From the human T2T-CHM13v2.0 reference genome, Homo sapiens, in the NCBI RefSeq assembly GCF_009914755.1, contig NC_060948.1: a stretch of 64,000 bases of DNA. The stretch is one strand, 5' to 3'. Below the pieces are notes generated by a model. The model ran no database searches. It saw nothing but the letters and a program-made list of their open reading frames with translations, and was not told the DNA's origin. The position numbers and the translations under genes were made by a program. Of the stretch, positions 39,139-53,347 are shown in pieces. Within the stretch, counting starts at the first letter, position 1; every line of letters starts with the position of its first letter.

Positions 39139-42100
39139 TCGAACTGAAGAGACTGGAATGGAATGCACTGGAATGGAAGGGAGTGTAATGGAAGGTTCTC
39201 GAAAAAAATGGAATCGAATGGAATGGAATTGAATGGAACGGAATAGAGTCGAATGGAATTGAATGGAATGGAATGGACTAGAGTGAAATGGAATCGAACC
39301 ACAAGGAATGGACAGGAATAGAATGGTCTCGAATTGAATGGAATCGTATGGAATGGCATCAAACGGAATGGAATGGACAGCCACGGAATGGAATGCACTC
39401 GAATGCAATGGAGTCGAAACTAATGGACTGGAATAGAATGGACTCGACTGGTACGGACTCCAATGGAATGGAATCGAATGGAAGGGAATCGAACGGAATG
39501 GACTCGAAGGGAAAAGACTGCAATGGAAAGGTCTCGAATGGAATGGAAATTAATGGAATGGAATGGAATCGAATGCAATGGAGTCAAAAGGAATGGAATC
39601 GAATGGCAAGAAATCGAATGTAATGGAATCGCAAGGAATTGATGTGAACGGAACGGAATGGAATGGAATCCAAAGGAATGGAATAGAATGGAATGGAATC
39701 GAATGGAAAGGACTCGAATGGAAATCACTCGAATAGAATGCAATTTAATAAAATAGGATCAAATGTAATGGAATGGAATGGAAAGGAATCGAAACGAAAG
39801 GAATGGAGACAGATGGAATGGAATGGAACAGAGAGCAATGGTATAGAAAGGAATGGAATCATCTGGAATGGAATTGAATGGAATGGAATAATATGAAATG
39901 GAATGGAATGGAATGGAATGCCCTTGAATTAAATGGACTGGAATGGAATGGACTCGAACAGAGTGGAATGGAAAGTGTTGAGATAGAATGGAATGGACTC
40001 GTTTTGAATGGTCTAGTAGGCAATGCAATCGACTGGCAGGGAATCAAAAGGAATGTAATGGAATGGATTGGACTGGAATGCAATGGACTCGAATAGATTG
40101 GAAACGGAATGCAAAGGAATGGAATGGAATAGTATGGAATGGAATGGAAAGGAATGGAGTGGAATAGACTAGAGTGGAATGGAATGGACTGGAAAGCAAT
40201 GGACTGGAATGCAACTTTCTTGAATGGACTGGAATCAAACGGAATGGAATGCAATGCAATCAAATGGCATGGAATAAAATAGAATGAAAGAGAATCAAAT
40301 GGAATGGAATCGAATGGATTGGAAAGGAATAGAATGGAATGGAATGGAATTGACTCAAATGGAATGGACTAGAATGGAATGGATTCGAATGGAAGGCAAA
40401 GGAATGGAATCTATTGGAATGGACTGTAATGGAATGGAATGGAAGGAATTGGAATGGACTCGAATGGAATGGACTGCAATAGAAAGGATTCGAATGGAAT
40501 GAAAAAGAATTGAATGGAATAGAACAGAATGGAATCAAATCGAATGAAATGGAATGGAATAGAAAGGAATGGAATGAAATTGAATGGAAAGGATTCGAAT
40601 GGAATGCAATCGAATGGAATGGAATCGAACGGAATGGAATAAAATGGAAGAAAACTGGCAAGAAATGGAATCGAAATGAATGGAGTGTTATGGAACGGAC
40701 TCAAAAGGAATTGAATGTAATAGAATGGAGTGGAGTGGACTCGAATATAATGGACTGGAATGGAATGAAATCACATGGAATGGGAACGAATGGAATGGAA
40801 TGGAAAGGAATGGAATCGAATGGAAAGGAATCGAATGGAAGGGAATGAAATTGAATCAACAGGAATGGAAGGGAATAGAATAGACGGTAATGGAATGGAC
40901 TCGAATAGAATGGACACGAATGCTCAAATTGAATGGACTCGAATGGAATGGAAATGAAAGGAATGTCATCGAATGGAATTGAATCGATTGGAATGAAATC
41001 GCATAGAATGGAGTGGAATCAAATGGAATTGAATCGAAAGGAAAGGAAGCGAATGGACTGAAACGAAATGGAATGGAATTGAATGGAAAGTAATGCAATG
41101 GAATAGAATGGAACGAAATTTCACGGAATGGAATCAAACTGAATGGAATCAAATCAATGGAATCCAATCAAATGGAATGGAGTAGATTGGATTGGATGGG
41201 ATTGGAATGAAATGTACTGGAAAGGACTCGAATTTCATGAAACGAAATGGAATGAATTGGAACGGAATGGACTCGAATGGAATGGAATGTCATAGAATGG
41301 CATCAAATGGAATGGCATCAAATGGAATGGAATCGAATGCAATGGAATGCTATGGAATGGAATGGAATGCATTGGAATGGAATGTCCTCTAATGGAATGG
41401 ATTCGAGTGGAATGGAATCGAATATAATGGAGTCGAATGAAATGGAATTGAAAGGAATGGGATCGAATACAATGGAATATACTGGAATGTAATGTAATGA
41501 ACTCGAATGTAATTGACTGGAATGGAATGTACATGAATGGAATGTAATCGAATGGAAAGTAATCCAATGGAATAGAATCTAATGCAATAAAATCGACTCA
41601 GATAGAGTAGAATGTAATGGAATGGAGTGCAGTGCAATGGAATGGAATGGAATGGAATGCAATGGAATGGAATGGAATGGAATGGAATGGAATGGAGTGG
41701 AATGGGATGGAATGTTATGGAATGGATAGTAATGGACTGGAGTGAAATGGACTGGAAAGGAATGGACTCAAATTGAAAGGGCTCGAAAGGAATGGAGTCA
41801 AATGGAACGGTCTGGAATGGAATGAACACGAAAGTAATGCAATCCAATAGAATGGAATCGAATGGCATGGAATATAAAGAAATGGAATCGAAGAGAATGG
41901 AAACAAATGGAATGGAATTGAATGGAATGGAATTGAATGGAATGGGAACGAATGGAGTGAAATTGTATGCAGTAGAAGGGAATAGAATGGAATGCAAGCG
42001 AAAGGAAAGGAATGGATTGGAATGGAATGGAATTCATTGGAATGGAAGGGAATGTAGTGTAATGGACAGGCCTGGAATAAAGTGGAATGCTACGGTCTCG

Positions 42101-42672
42101 AATGGAATAAAAATGTATGGAATGGAATGCAATGAAACGGAATCGAATGTCATAGAATGTAATGGAATGCAAAAAAATGGAATCCAAAATCATTGACTGG
42201 AAAGGCTGGGTGTCGAAAGGAATTGACTCCAATGGAATGGAATCGAATGGAATGGAAGTGAATAGAATCGAACTAAATCGAATGGAATGGAATTGATAGG
42301 AACGGAATGGAAAGGAATGCAATGATTTGGCACGGAATGGAATCGAATGGCATCGAATGGAATGGAATGGAATGCAATTGAATGGAACGTATTAGAATGT
42401 AATGAACTTTAATGGAATGTACTCGAATGGATTCGACTGGAATGGAATGTTCTGGAAGTGAATGGACTCCAATGGAATGGATTCAAAAGGAATGGAATCG
42501 TACGGAATGGAATCTAATGGAATGGAATTAAATGGAAATGAATCAAATTGAATAGCACGGAATTGAATTGAATGGAATGGAATGCAATGGAATCTAATGA
42601 AACGGAAAGGAAAGGAATGGAATGGAATGGAATGGACTGGAATGGAAAGGAATCGAAACGAATGGAATGGAA
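39139..42672 (+). repeat. DYZ1 unit 12 (3534 bp)
   Basis: Landmark spacing; deletions near 39910, 40300 and 41179. Confidence 0.92.
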
Positions 42673-45600
42673 TCGAACTGAAGAGACTGGAATGGAATGC
42701 ACTGGAATGGAAGGGAGTGTAATGGAAGGTTCTCGAAAAAAATGGAATCGAATGGAATGGAATTGAATGGAACGGAATAGAGTCGAATGGAATTGAATGG
42801 AATGGAATGGACTAGAGTGAAATGGAATCGAACCACAAGGAATGGACAGGAATAGAATGGTCTCGAATTGAATGGAATCGTATGGAATGGCATCAAACGG
42901 AATGGAATGGACAGCCACGGAATGGAATGCACTCGAATGCAATGGAGTCGAAACTAATGGACTGGAATAGAATGGACTCGACTGGTACGGACTCCAATGG
43001 AATGGAATCGAATGGAAGGGAATCGAACGGAATGGACTCGAAGGGAAAAGACTGCAATGGAAAGGTCTCGAATGGAATGGAAATTAATGGAATGGAATGG
43101 AATCGAATGCAATGGAGTCAAAAGGAATGGAATCGAATGGCAAGAAATCGAATGTAATGGAATCGCAAGGAATTGATGTGAACGGAACGGAATGGAATGG
43201 AATCCAAAGGAATGGAATAGAATGGAATGGAATCGAATGGAAAGGACTCGAATGGAAATCACTCGAATAGAATGCAATTTAATAAAATAGGATCAAATGT
43301 AATGGAATGGAATGGAAAGGAATCGAAACGAAAGGAATGGAGACAGATGGAATGGAATGGAACAGAGAGCAATGGTATAGAAAGGAATGGAATCATCTGG
43401 AATGGAATTGAATGGAATGGAATAATATGAAATGGAATGGAATGGAATGGAATGCCCTTGAATTAAATGGACTGGAATGGAATGGACTCGAACAGAGTGG
43501 AATGGAAAGTGTTGAGATAGAATGGAATGGACTCGTTTTGAATGGTCTAGTAGGCAATGCAATCGACTGGCAGGGAATCAAAAGGAATGTAATGGAATGG
43601 ATTGGACTGGAATGCAATGGACTCGAATAGATTGGAAACGGAATGCAAAGGAATGGAATGGAATAGTATGGAATGGAATGGAAAGGAATGGAGTGGAATA
43701 GACTAGAGTGGAATGGAATGGACTGGAAAGCAATGGACTGGAATGCAACTTTCTTGAATGGACTGGAATCAAACGGAATGGAATGCAATGCAATCAAATG
43801 GCATGGAATAAAATAGAATGAAAGAGAATCAAATGGAATGGAATCGAATGGATTGGAAAGGAATAGAATGGAATGGAATGGAATTGACTCAAATGGAATG
43901 GACTAGAATGGAATGGATTCGAATGGAAGGCAAAGGAATGGAATCTATTGGAATGGACTGTAATGGAATGGAATGGAAGGAATTGGAATGGACTCGAATG
44001 GAATGGACTGCAATAGAAAGGATTCGAATGGAATGAAAAAGAATTGAATGGAATAGAACAGAATGGAATCAAATCGAATGAAATGGAATGGAATAGAAAG
44101 GAATGGAATGAAATGGAATGGAAAGGATTCGAATGGAATGCAATCGAATGGAATGGAATCGAACGGAATGGAATAAAATGGAAGAAAACTGGCAAGAAAT
44201 GGAATCGAAATGAATGGAGTGTTATGGAACGGACTCAAAAGGAATTGAATGTAACAGAATGGAGTGGAGTGGACTCGAATATAATGGACTGGAATGGAAT
44301 GAAATCACATGGAATGGGAACGAATGGAATGGCATGGAAAGGAATGGAATCGAAAGGAAAGGAATCGAATGGAAGGGAATGAAATTGAATCAACAGGAAT
44401 GGAAGGGAATAGAATAGACGGTAATGGAATGGACTGGAATAGAATGGACACGAATGCTCAAATTGAATGCACTCGAATGGAATGGAAACGAAAGGAATGT
44501 CATCGAATGGAATTGAATCGATTGGAATGAAATCGCATAGAATGGAGTGGAATCAAATGGAATTGAATCGAAAGGAAAGGAAGCGAATGGACTGAAATGA
44601 AATGGAATGGAATTGAATGGAAAGTAATGCAATGGAATAGAATGGAACGAAATTTCACGGAATGGAATCAAACTGAATGGAATCAAATCAATGGAATCAA
44701 ATCAAATGGAATGGAAAGGAATTGAATGGAGTAGATTGGATTGGATGGGATTGGAATGAAATGTACTGGAAAGGACTCGAATTTCATGAAACGGAATGGA
44801 ATGAATTGGAACGGAATGGACTCGAATGGAATGGAATGTCATGGAATGGCATCAAATGGAATGGCATCAAATGGAATGGAATCGAATGCAATGGAATGCT
44901 ATGGAATGGAATGGAATGCATTGGAATGGAATGTCCTCTAATGGAATGGATTCGAGTGGAATGGAATCGAATAAAATGGAGTCGAATGAAATGGAATTGA
45001 AAGGAATGGGATCGAATACAATGGAATATACTGGAATGTAATGTAATGAACTCGAATGTAATTGACTGGAATGGAATGTACATGAATGGAATGTAATCGA
45101 ATGGAAAGTAATCCAATGGAATAGAATCTAATGCAATAAAATCGACTCAGATAGAGTAGAATGTAATGGAATGGAGTGCAGTGCAATGGAATGGAATGGA
45201 ATGGAATGCAATGGAATGGAATGGAATGGAATGGAATGGAATGGAATGGAATGGAATGGTGTGGAATGGATAGTAATGGACTGGAGTGAAATGGACTGGA
45301 AAGGAATGGACTCAAATTGAAAGGGCTCGAAAGGAATGGAGTCAAATGGAATGGTCTGGAATGGAATGAACACGAATGTAATGCAATCCAATAGAATGGA
45401 ATCGAATGGCATGGAATATAAAGAAATGGAATCGAAGAGAATGGAAACAAATGGAATGGAATTGAGTGGAATGGAATTGAATGGAATGGGAACGAATGGA
45501 GTGAAATTGTATGCAGTAGAAGAGAATAGAATGGAATGCAAGCGAAAGGAAAGGAATGGATTGGAATGGAATGGAATTCATTGGAATGGAAGGGAATGTA

Positions 45601-46216
45601 GTGTAATGGACAGGCCTGGAATAAAGTGGAATGCTACGGTCTCGAATGGAATAAAAATGTATGGAATGGAATGCAATGAAACGGAATCGAATGTCATAGA
45701 ATGTAATGGAATGCAAAAAAATGGAATCCAAAATCATTGACTGGAAAGGCTGGGTGTCGAAAGGAATTGACTCCAATGGAATGGAATCGAATGGAATGGA
45801 AGTGAATAGAATCGAACTAAATCGAATGGAATGGAATTGATAGGAACGGAATGGAAAGGAATGCAATGATTTGGCATGGAATGGAATCGAATGGCATCGA
45901 ATGGAATGGAATGGAATGCAATGGAATGGAATGTATTAGAATGTAATGAACTTTAATGGAATGTACTCGAATGGATTCGACTGGAATGGAATGTTGTGGA
46001 AGTGAATGGACTCCAATGGAATGGATTCAAAAGGAATGGAATCGTACGGAATTGAATCTAATGGAATGGAATTAAATGGAAATGAATCAAATTGAATAGC
46101 ACGGAATTGAATTGAATGGAATGGAATGCAATGGAATCTAATGAAACGGAAAGGAAAGGAATGGAATGGAATGGAATGGGCTGGAATGGAAAGGAATCGA
46201 AACGAATGGAATGGAA
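42673..46216 (+). repeat. DYZ1 unit 13 (3544 bp)
   Basis: Landmark spacing. Confidence 0.92.
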
Positions 46217-49200
46217 TCGAACTGAAGAGACTGGAATGGAATGCACTGGAATGGAAGGGAGTGTAATGGAAGGTTCTCGGAAAAAATGGAATGGAATGGA
46301 ATGGAATTGAATGGAACGGAATAGAGTCGAATGGAATTGAATGGAATGGAATGGACTAGAGTGAAATGGAATCGAACCACAAGGAATGGACAGGAATAGA
46401 ATGGTCTCGAATTGAATGGAATCGTATGGAATGGCATCAAACGGAATGGAATGGACAGCCACGGAATGGAATGCACTCGAATGCAATGGAGTCGAAACTA
46501 ATGGACTGGAATAGAATGGACTCGACTGGTACGGACTCCAATGGAATGGAATCGAATGGAAGGGAATCGAACGGAATGGAATCGGAGGGAAAAGACTGCA
46601 ATGGAAAGGTCTCAAATGGAATGGAAATTAATGGAATGGAATGGAATCGAATGAAATGGAGTCAAAAGCAATGGAATCGAATGGCAAGAAATCGAATGTA
46701 ATGGAATCGCAAGGAATTGATGTGAACGGAACGGAATGGAATGGAATCCAAAGGAATGGAATAGAATGGAATGGAATCGAATGGAAAGGACTCGAATGGA
46801 AATCACTCGAATAGAATGCAATTTAATAAAATAGGATCAAATGTAATGGAATGGAATGGAAAGGAATCGAAACGAAAGGAATGGAGACAGATGGAATGGA
46901 ATAGAACAGAGAGCAATGGTATAGAATGGAATGGAATCATCTGGAATGGAATTGAATGGAATGGAATAATATGAAATGGAATGGAATGGAATGGAATGGA
47001 ATGCCCTTGAATTAAATGGACTGGAATGGAATGGACTCGAACAGAGTGGAATGGAAAGTGTTGAGATAGAATGGAATGGACTCGTTTGGAATGGTCTAGT
47101 ATGCAATGCAATCGACTGGCAGGGAATCAAAAGGAATTTAATCGAATGGATTGGACTGGAATGCAATGGACTCGAATAGATTGCAAACGGAATGCAAAGG
47201 AATGGAATGGAATAGTATGGAATGGAATGGAAAGGAATGGAGTGGAATAGACTAGAGTTGAATGGAATGGATTGGAAAGCAATGGACTGGAATGGAACTT
47301 TCTTGAATGGACTGGAATCAAACGGAATGGAATGCAATGCAATCAAATGGCATGGAATAAAATAGAATGAAAGAGAATCAAATGGAATTGAATCGAATGG
47401 AATCGAATGGATTGGAAAGGAATAGAATGGAATGGAATGGAATGGACTCAAATGGAATGGACTAGAATGGAATGGATTCGAATGGAAGGCAAAGGAATGG
47501 AATCTATTGGAATGGACTGTAATGGAATGGAATGGAAGGGATTGGAATGGACTCGAATGGAATGGACTGCAATAGAAAGGATTCGAATGGAATGAAAAAG
47601 AATTGAATGGAATAGAACAGAATGGAATCAAATCGAATGAAATGGAATGGAATAGAAAGGAATGGAATGAAATGGAATGGAAAGGATTCGAATGGAATGC
47701 AATCGAATGGAATGGAATCGAACGGAATGGAATAAAATGGAAGAAAACTGGCAAGAAATGGAATCGAAATGAATGGAGTGTTATGGAACGGACTCAAAAG
47801 GAATTGAATGTAATAGAATGGAGTGGAGTGGACTCGAATATAATGGACTGGAATGGAATGAAATCACATGGAATGGGAACGAATGGAATGGAATGGAAAG
47901 GAATGGAATCGAATGGAAAGGAATCGAATGGAAGGGAATGAAATTGAATCAACAGGAATGGAAGGGAATAGAATAGACGGTAATGGAATGGACTCGAATA
48001 GAATGGACACGAATGTTGAAATTGAATGGACTCGAATGGAATGGAAACGAAAGGAATGTCATCGAATGGAATTGAATCGATTGGAATGAAATCGCATAGA
48101 ATGGAGTGGAATCAAATGGAATTGAATCGAAAGGAAAGGAAGCGAATGGACTGAAATGAAATGGAATGGAATTGAATGGAAAGTAATGCAATGGAATAGA
48201 ATGGAACGAAATTTCACAGAATGGAATCAAACTGAATGGAATCAAACCAATGGAATCAAATCAAATGGAATGGAAAGGAATTGAATGGAGTAGATTGGAT
48301 TGGATGGGATTGGAATGAAATGTACTGGAAAGGACTCGAATTTCATGAAACGGAATGGAATGAATTGGAACGGAACGGACTCGAATGGCATGGAATGTCA
48401 TGGAATGGCATCAAATGGAATGGCATCAAATGGAATGGAATCGAATGCAATGGAATGCTATGGAATGGAATGGAATGCATTTTAATGGAATGTCCTCTAA
48501 TGGAATGGATTCGAGTGGAATGGAATCGAATATAATGGAGTCGAATAGTCGAATGAAATGGAATTGAAAGGAATGGGATCGAATACAATGGAATATACTG
48601 GAATGTAATGTAATGAACTCGAATGTAATTGACTGGAATGGAATGTACATGAATGGAATGTAATCGAATGGAAAGTAATCCAACGGAATAGAATCTAATG
48701 CAATAAAATCGACTCAGATAGAGTAGAATGTAATGGGATGGAGTGCAGTGCAATGGAATGGAATGGAATGGAATGCAATGGAATTGAATGGAATGGAATG
48801 CAATGGAATGGAATGGAATGGAATGGAATGGAATGGAATGGGATGGAATGGTATGGAATGGATAGTAATGGACTGGAGTGAAATGGACTGGAAAGGAATG
48901 GACTCAAATTGAAAGGGCTCGAAAGGAATGGAGTCAAATGGAATGATCTGGAATGGAATGAACACGAAAGTAATGCAATCCAATAGAATGGAATCGAATG
49001 GCATGGAATATAATGAAATGGAATCGAAGAGAATGGAAACAAATGGAATGGAATTGAATGGAATGGAATTGAATGGAATGGGAACGAATGGAGTGAAATT
49101 GTATGCAGTAGAAGGGAATAGAATGGAATGCAAGCGAAAGGAAAGGAATGGATTGGAATGGAATGGAATTCATTGGAATGGAAGGGAATGTAGTGTAATG

Positions 49201-49808
49201 GACAGGCCTGGAATAAAGTGGAATGCTACGGTCTCGAATGGAATAAAAATGTAGGGAATGGAATGCAATGAAACGGAATCGAATGTCATAGAATGTAATG
49301 GAATGCAAAAAAATGGACTCCAAAGTCATTGACTGGAAAGGCTGGGTGTCGAAAGGAATTGACTCCAATGGAATGGAATCGAATGGAATGGAAGTGAATA
49401 GAATCGAACTAAATCGAATGGAATGGAATTGATAGGAACGGAATGGAAAGGAATGCAATGATTTGGCACGGAATGGAATCGAATGGCATCGAATGGAATG
49501 GAATGGAATGCAATGGAATGGAACGTATTAGAATGTAATGAACTTTAATGGAATGTACTCGAATGGAATCGACTGGAATGGAATGTTCTGGAAGTGAATG
49601 GACTCCAATGGAATGGATTCAAAAGGAATGGAATCGTACGGAATGGAATCTAATGGAATGGAATTAAATGGAAATGAATCAAATTGAATAGCATGGAATT
49701 GAATTGAATGGAATCGAATGCAATGGAATCTAATGAAACGGAAAGGAAAGGAATGGAATGGAATGGAATGGGCTGGAATGGAAAGGAATCGAAACGAATG
49801 GAATGGAA
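46217..49808 (+). repeat. DYZ1 unit 14 (3592 bp), carries an 8-bp tandem duplication
   Basis: Landmark spacing; AGTCGAAT x2 at 48539-48554. Confidence 0.92.
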
Positions 49809-52800
49809 TCGAACTGACGAGACTGGAATGGAATGCACTGGAATGGAAGGGAGTGTAATGGAAGGTTCTCGAAAAAAATGGAATGGAATGGAATGGAATT
49901 GAATGGAACGGAATAGAGTCAAATGGATTTGAATGGAATGGAATGGACTAGAGTGAAATGGAATCGAACCACAAGGAATGGAGAGGAATAGAATGGTCTC
50001 GAATTGAATGGAATCGTATGGAATGGCATCAAACGGAATGGAATGGACAGCCACGGAATGGAATGCACTCGAATGCAATGGAGTCGAAACTAATGGACTG
50101 GAATAGAATGGATTCGACTGGTACGGACTCCAATGGAATGGAATCGAATGGAAGGGAATCGAACGGAACGGACTCGAAGGGAAAAGACTGCAATGGAAAG
50201 GTCTCGAATGGAATGGAAATTAATGGAATGGAATGGAATCGAATGAAATGGAGTCAAAAGGAATGGAATCGAATGGCAAGAAATCGAATGTAATGGAATC
50301 GCAAGGAATTGATGTGAACGGAACGGAATGGAATGGAATCCAAAGGAATGGAATAGAATGGAATGGAATCGAATGGAAAGGACTCGAATGGAAATCACTC
50401 GAATAGAATGCAATTTAATAAAATAGGATCAAATGTAATGGAATGGAATGGAAAGGAATCGAAACGAAAGGAATGGAGACAGATGGAATGGAATGGAACA
50501 GAGAGCAATGGTATAGAATGGAATGGAATCATCAGGAATGGAATTGAATGGAATGGAATAATATGAAATGGAATGGAATGGAATGCCCTTGAATTAAATG
50601 GACTGGAATGGAATGGACTCGAACAGAGTGGAATGGAAAGTGTTGAGATATAATGGAATGGACTCGTTTGGAATGGTCTAGTATGCAATGCAATCGACTG
50701 GCAGGGAATCAAAAGGAATTTAATCGAATGGATTGGACTGGAATGCAATGGACTCGAATAGATTGCAAACGGAATGCAAAGGAATGGAATGGAATAGTAT
50801 GGAATGGAATGGAAAGGAATGGAGTGGAATAGACTAGAGTGGAATGGAATGGACTGGAAAGCAATAGACTGGAATGGAACATTCTTGAATGGACTGGAAT
50901 CAAACGGAATGGAATGCAAGGCAATCAAATGGCATGGAATAAAATAGAATGAAAGAGAATCAAATGGAATTGAATCGAATGGAATCGAATGGATTGGAAA
51001 GGAACAGAATGGAATGGAATGGAATTGACTCAAATGGAATGGACTAGAATGGAATGGATTCGAATGGAAGGCAAAGGAATGGAATCTATTGGAATGGACT
51101 GGAATGGAATGGAAGGAATTGGAATGGACTCGAATGGAATGGACTGCAATAGAAAGGATTCGAATGGAATGAAAAAGAATTGAATGGAATAGAACAGAAT
51201 GGAATCAAATCGAATGAAATGGAATGGAATAGAAAGGAATGGAATGAAATGGAATGGAATGCAATCGAATGGAATGGAATCGAACGGAATGGAATAAAAT
51301 GGAAGAAAACTGGCAAGAAATGGAATCGAAATGAATGGAGTGTTATGGAACGGACTCAAAAGGAATTGAATGTAATAGAATGGAGTGGAGTGGACTCGAA
51401 TATAATGGACTGGAATGGAATGAAATCACATGGAATGGGAACGAATGGAATGGAATGGAAAGGAATGGAATCGAATGGAAAGGAATCGAATGGAAGGGAA
51501 TGAAATTGAATCAACAGGAATGGAAGGGAATAGAATAGACGGTGATGGAATGGACTCGAATTGAATGGACACGAATGCTCAAATTGAATGGACAAGAATG
51601 GAATGGAAACGAAAGGAATGTCATCGAATGGAATTGAATCGATTGGAATGAAATCGCATAGAATGGAGTGGAATCAAATGGAATTGAATCGAAAGGAAAG
51701 GAAGCGAATGGACTGAAATGAAATGGAATGGAATTGAATGGAAAGTAATGCAATGGAATAGAATGGAACGAAATTTCACGGAATGGAATCAAACTGAATG
51801 GAATCAAATCAATGGAATCTAATCAAATGGAATGGAAAGGAATTGAATGGAGTAGATTGGATTGGATGGGATTGGAATGAAATGTACTGGAAAGGACTCG
51901 AATTTCATGAAACGGAATGGAATGAATTGGAACGGAATGGACTCGAATGGAATGGAATGTCATGGAATGGCATCAAATGGAATGGCATCAAATGGAATGG
52001 AATCGAATGCAATGCAATGCTATGGAATGGAATGGAATGCATTGGAATGGAATGTCCTCTAATGGAATGGATTCGAGTGGAATGGAATCGAATATAATGG
52101 AGTCGAATGAAATGGAATTGAAAAGAATGGGATCGAATACAATGGAATATACTGGAATGTAATGTAATGAACTCGAATGTAATTGACTGGAATGGAATGT
52201 ACATGAATGGAATGTAATCGAATGGAAAGTAATCCAATGGAATAGAAACTAATGCAATAAAATCGACTCAAATAGAGTAGAATGTAATGGAATGGAGTGC
52301 AGTGCAATGGAATGGAATGGAATGGAATGCAATGGAATGGAATGGAATGTTATGGAATGGAATGGAATGGATTGGAATGGGATGGAATGGTATGGAATGG
52401 ATAGTAATGGACTGGAGTGAAATGGACTGGAAAGGAATGGACTCAAATTGAAAGGGCTCGAAAGGAATGGAGTCAAATGGAATAGTCTGGAATGGAATGA
52501 ACACGAATGTAATGCAATCCAATAGAATGGAATCGAATGGCATGGAATATAAAGAAATGGAATCGAAGAGAATGGAAACAAATGGAATGGAATTGAATGG
52601 AATGGAATTGAATGGAATGGGAACGAATGGAGTGAAATTGTATGCAGTAGAAGAGAATAGAATGGAATGCAAGCGAAAGGAAAGGAATGGATTGGAATGG
52701 AATGGAATTCATTGGAATGGAAGGGAATGTAGTGTAATGGACAGGCCTGGAATAAAGTGGAATGCTACGGTCTCGAATGGAATAAAAATGTATGGAATGG

Positions 52801-53347
52801 AATGCAATGAAACGGAATCGAATGTCATAGAATGTAATGGAATGCAACAAAATGGAATCCAAAATCATTGACTGGAAAGGCTGGGTGTCGAAAGGAATTG
52901 ACTCCAATGGAATGGAATCGAATGGAATGGAAGTGAATAGAATCGAACTAAATCGAATGGAATGGAATTGATAGGAACGGAATGGAAAGGAATGCAATGA
53001 TTTGGCACGGAATGGAATCGAATGGCATCGAACGGAATGGAATGGAATGCAATTGAATGGAACGTATTAGAATGTAATGAACTTTAATGGAATGTACTCG
53101 AATGGATTCGACTGGAATGGAATGTTCTGGAAGTGAATGGACTCCAATGGAATGGATTCAAAAGGAATGGAATCGTACGGAATGGAATCTAATGGAATGG
53201 AATTAAATGGAAATGAATCAAATTGAATAGCATGGAATTGAATTGAATGGAATCGAATGCAATGGAATCTAATGAAACGGAAAGGAAAGGAATGGAATGG
53301 AATGGAATGGGCTGGAATGGAAAGGAATCGAAACGAATGGAATGGAA
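49809..53347 (+). repeat. DYZ1 unit 15 (3539 bp)
   Basis: Landmark spacing. Confidence 0.92.
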
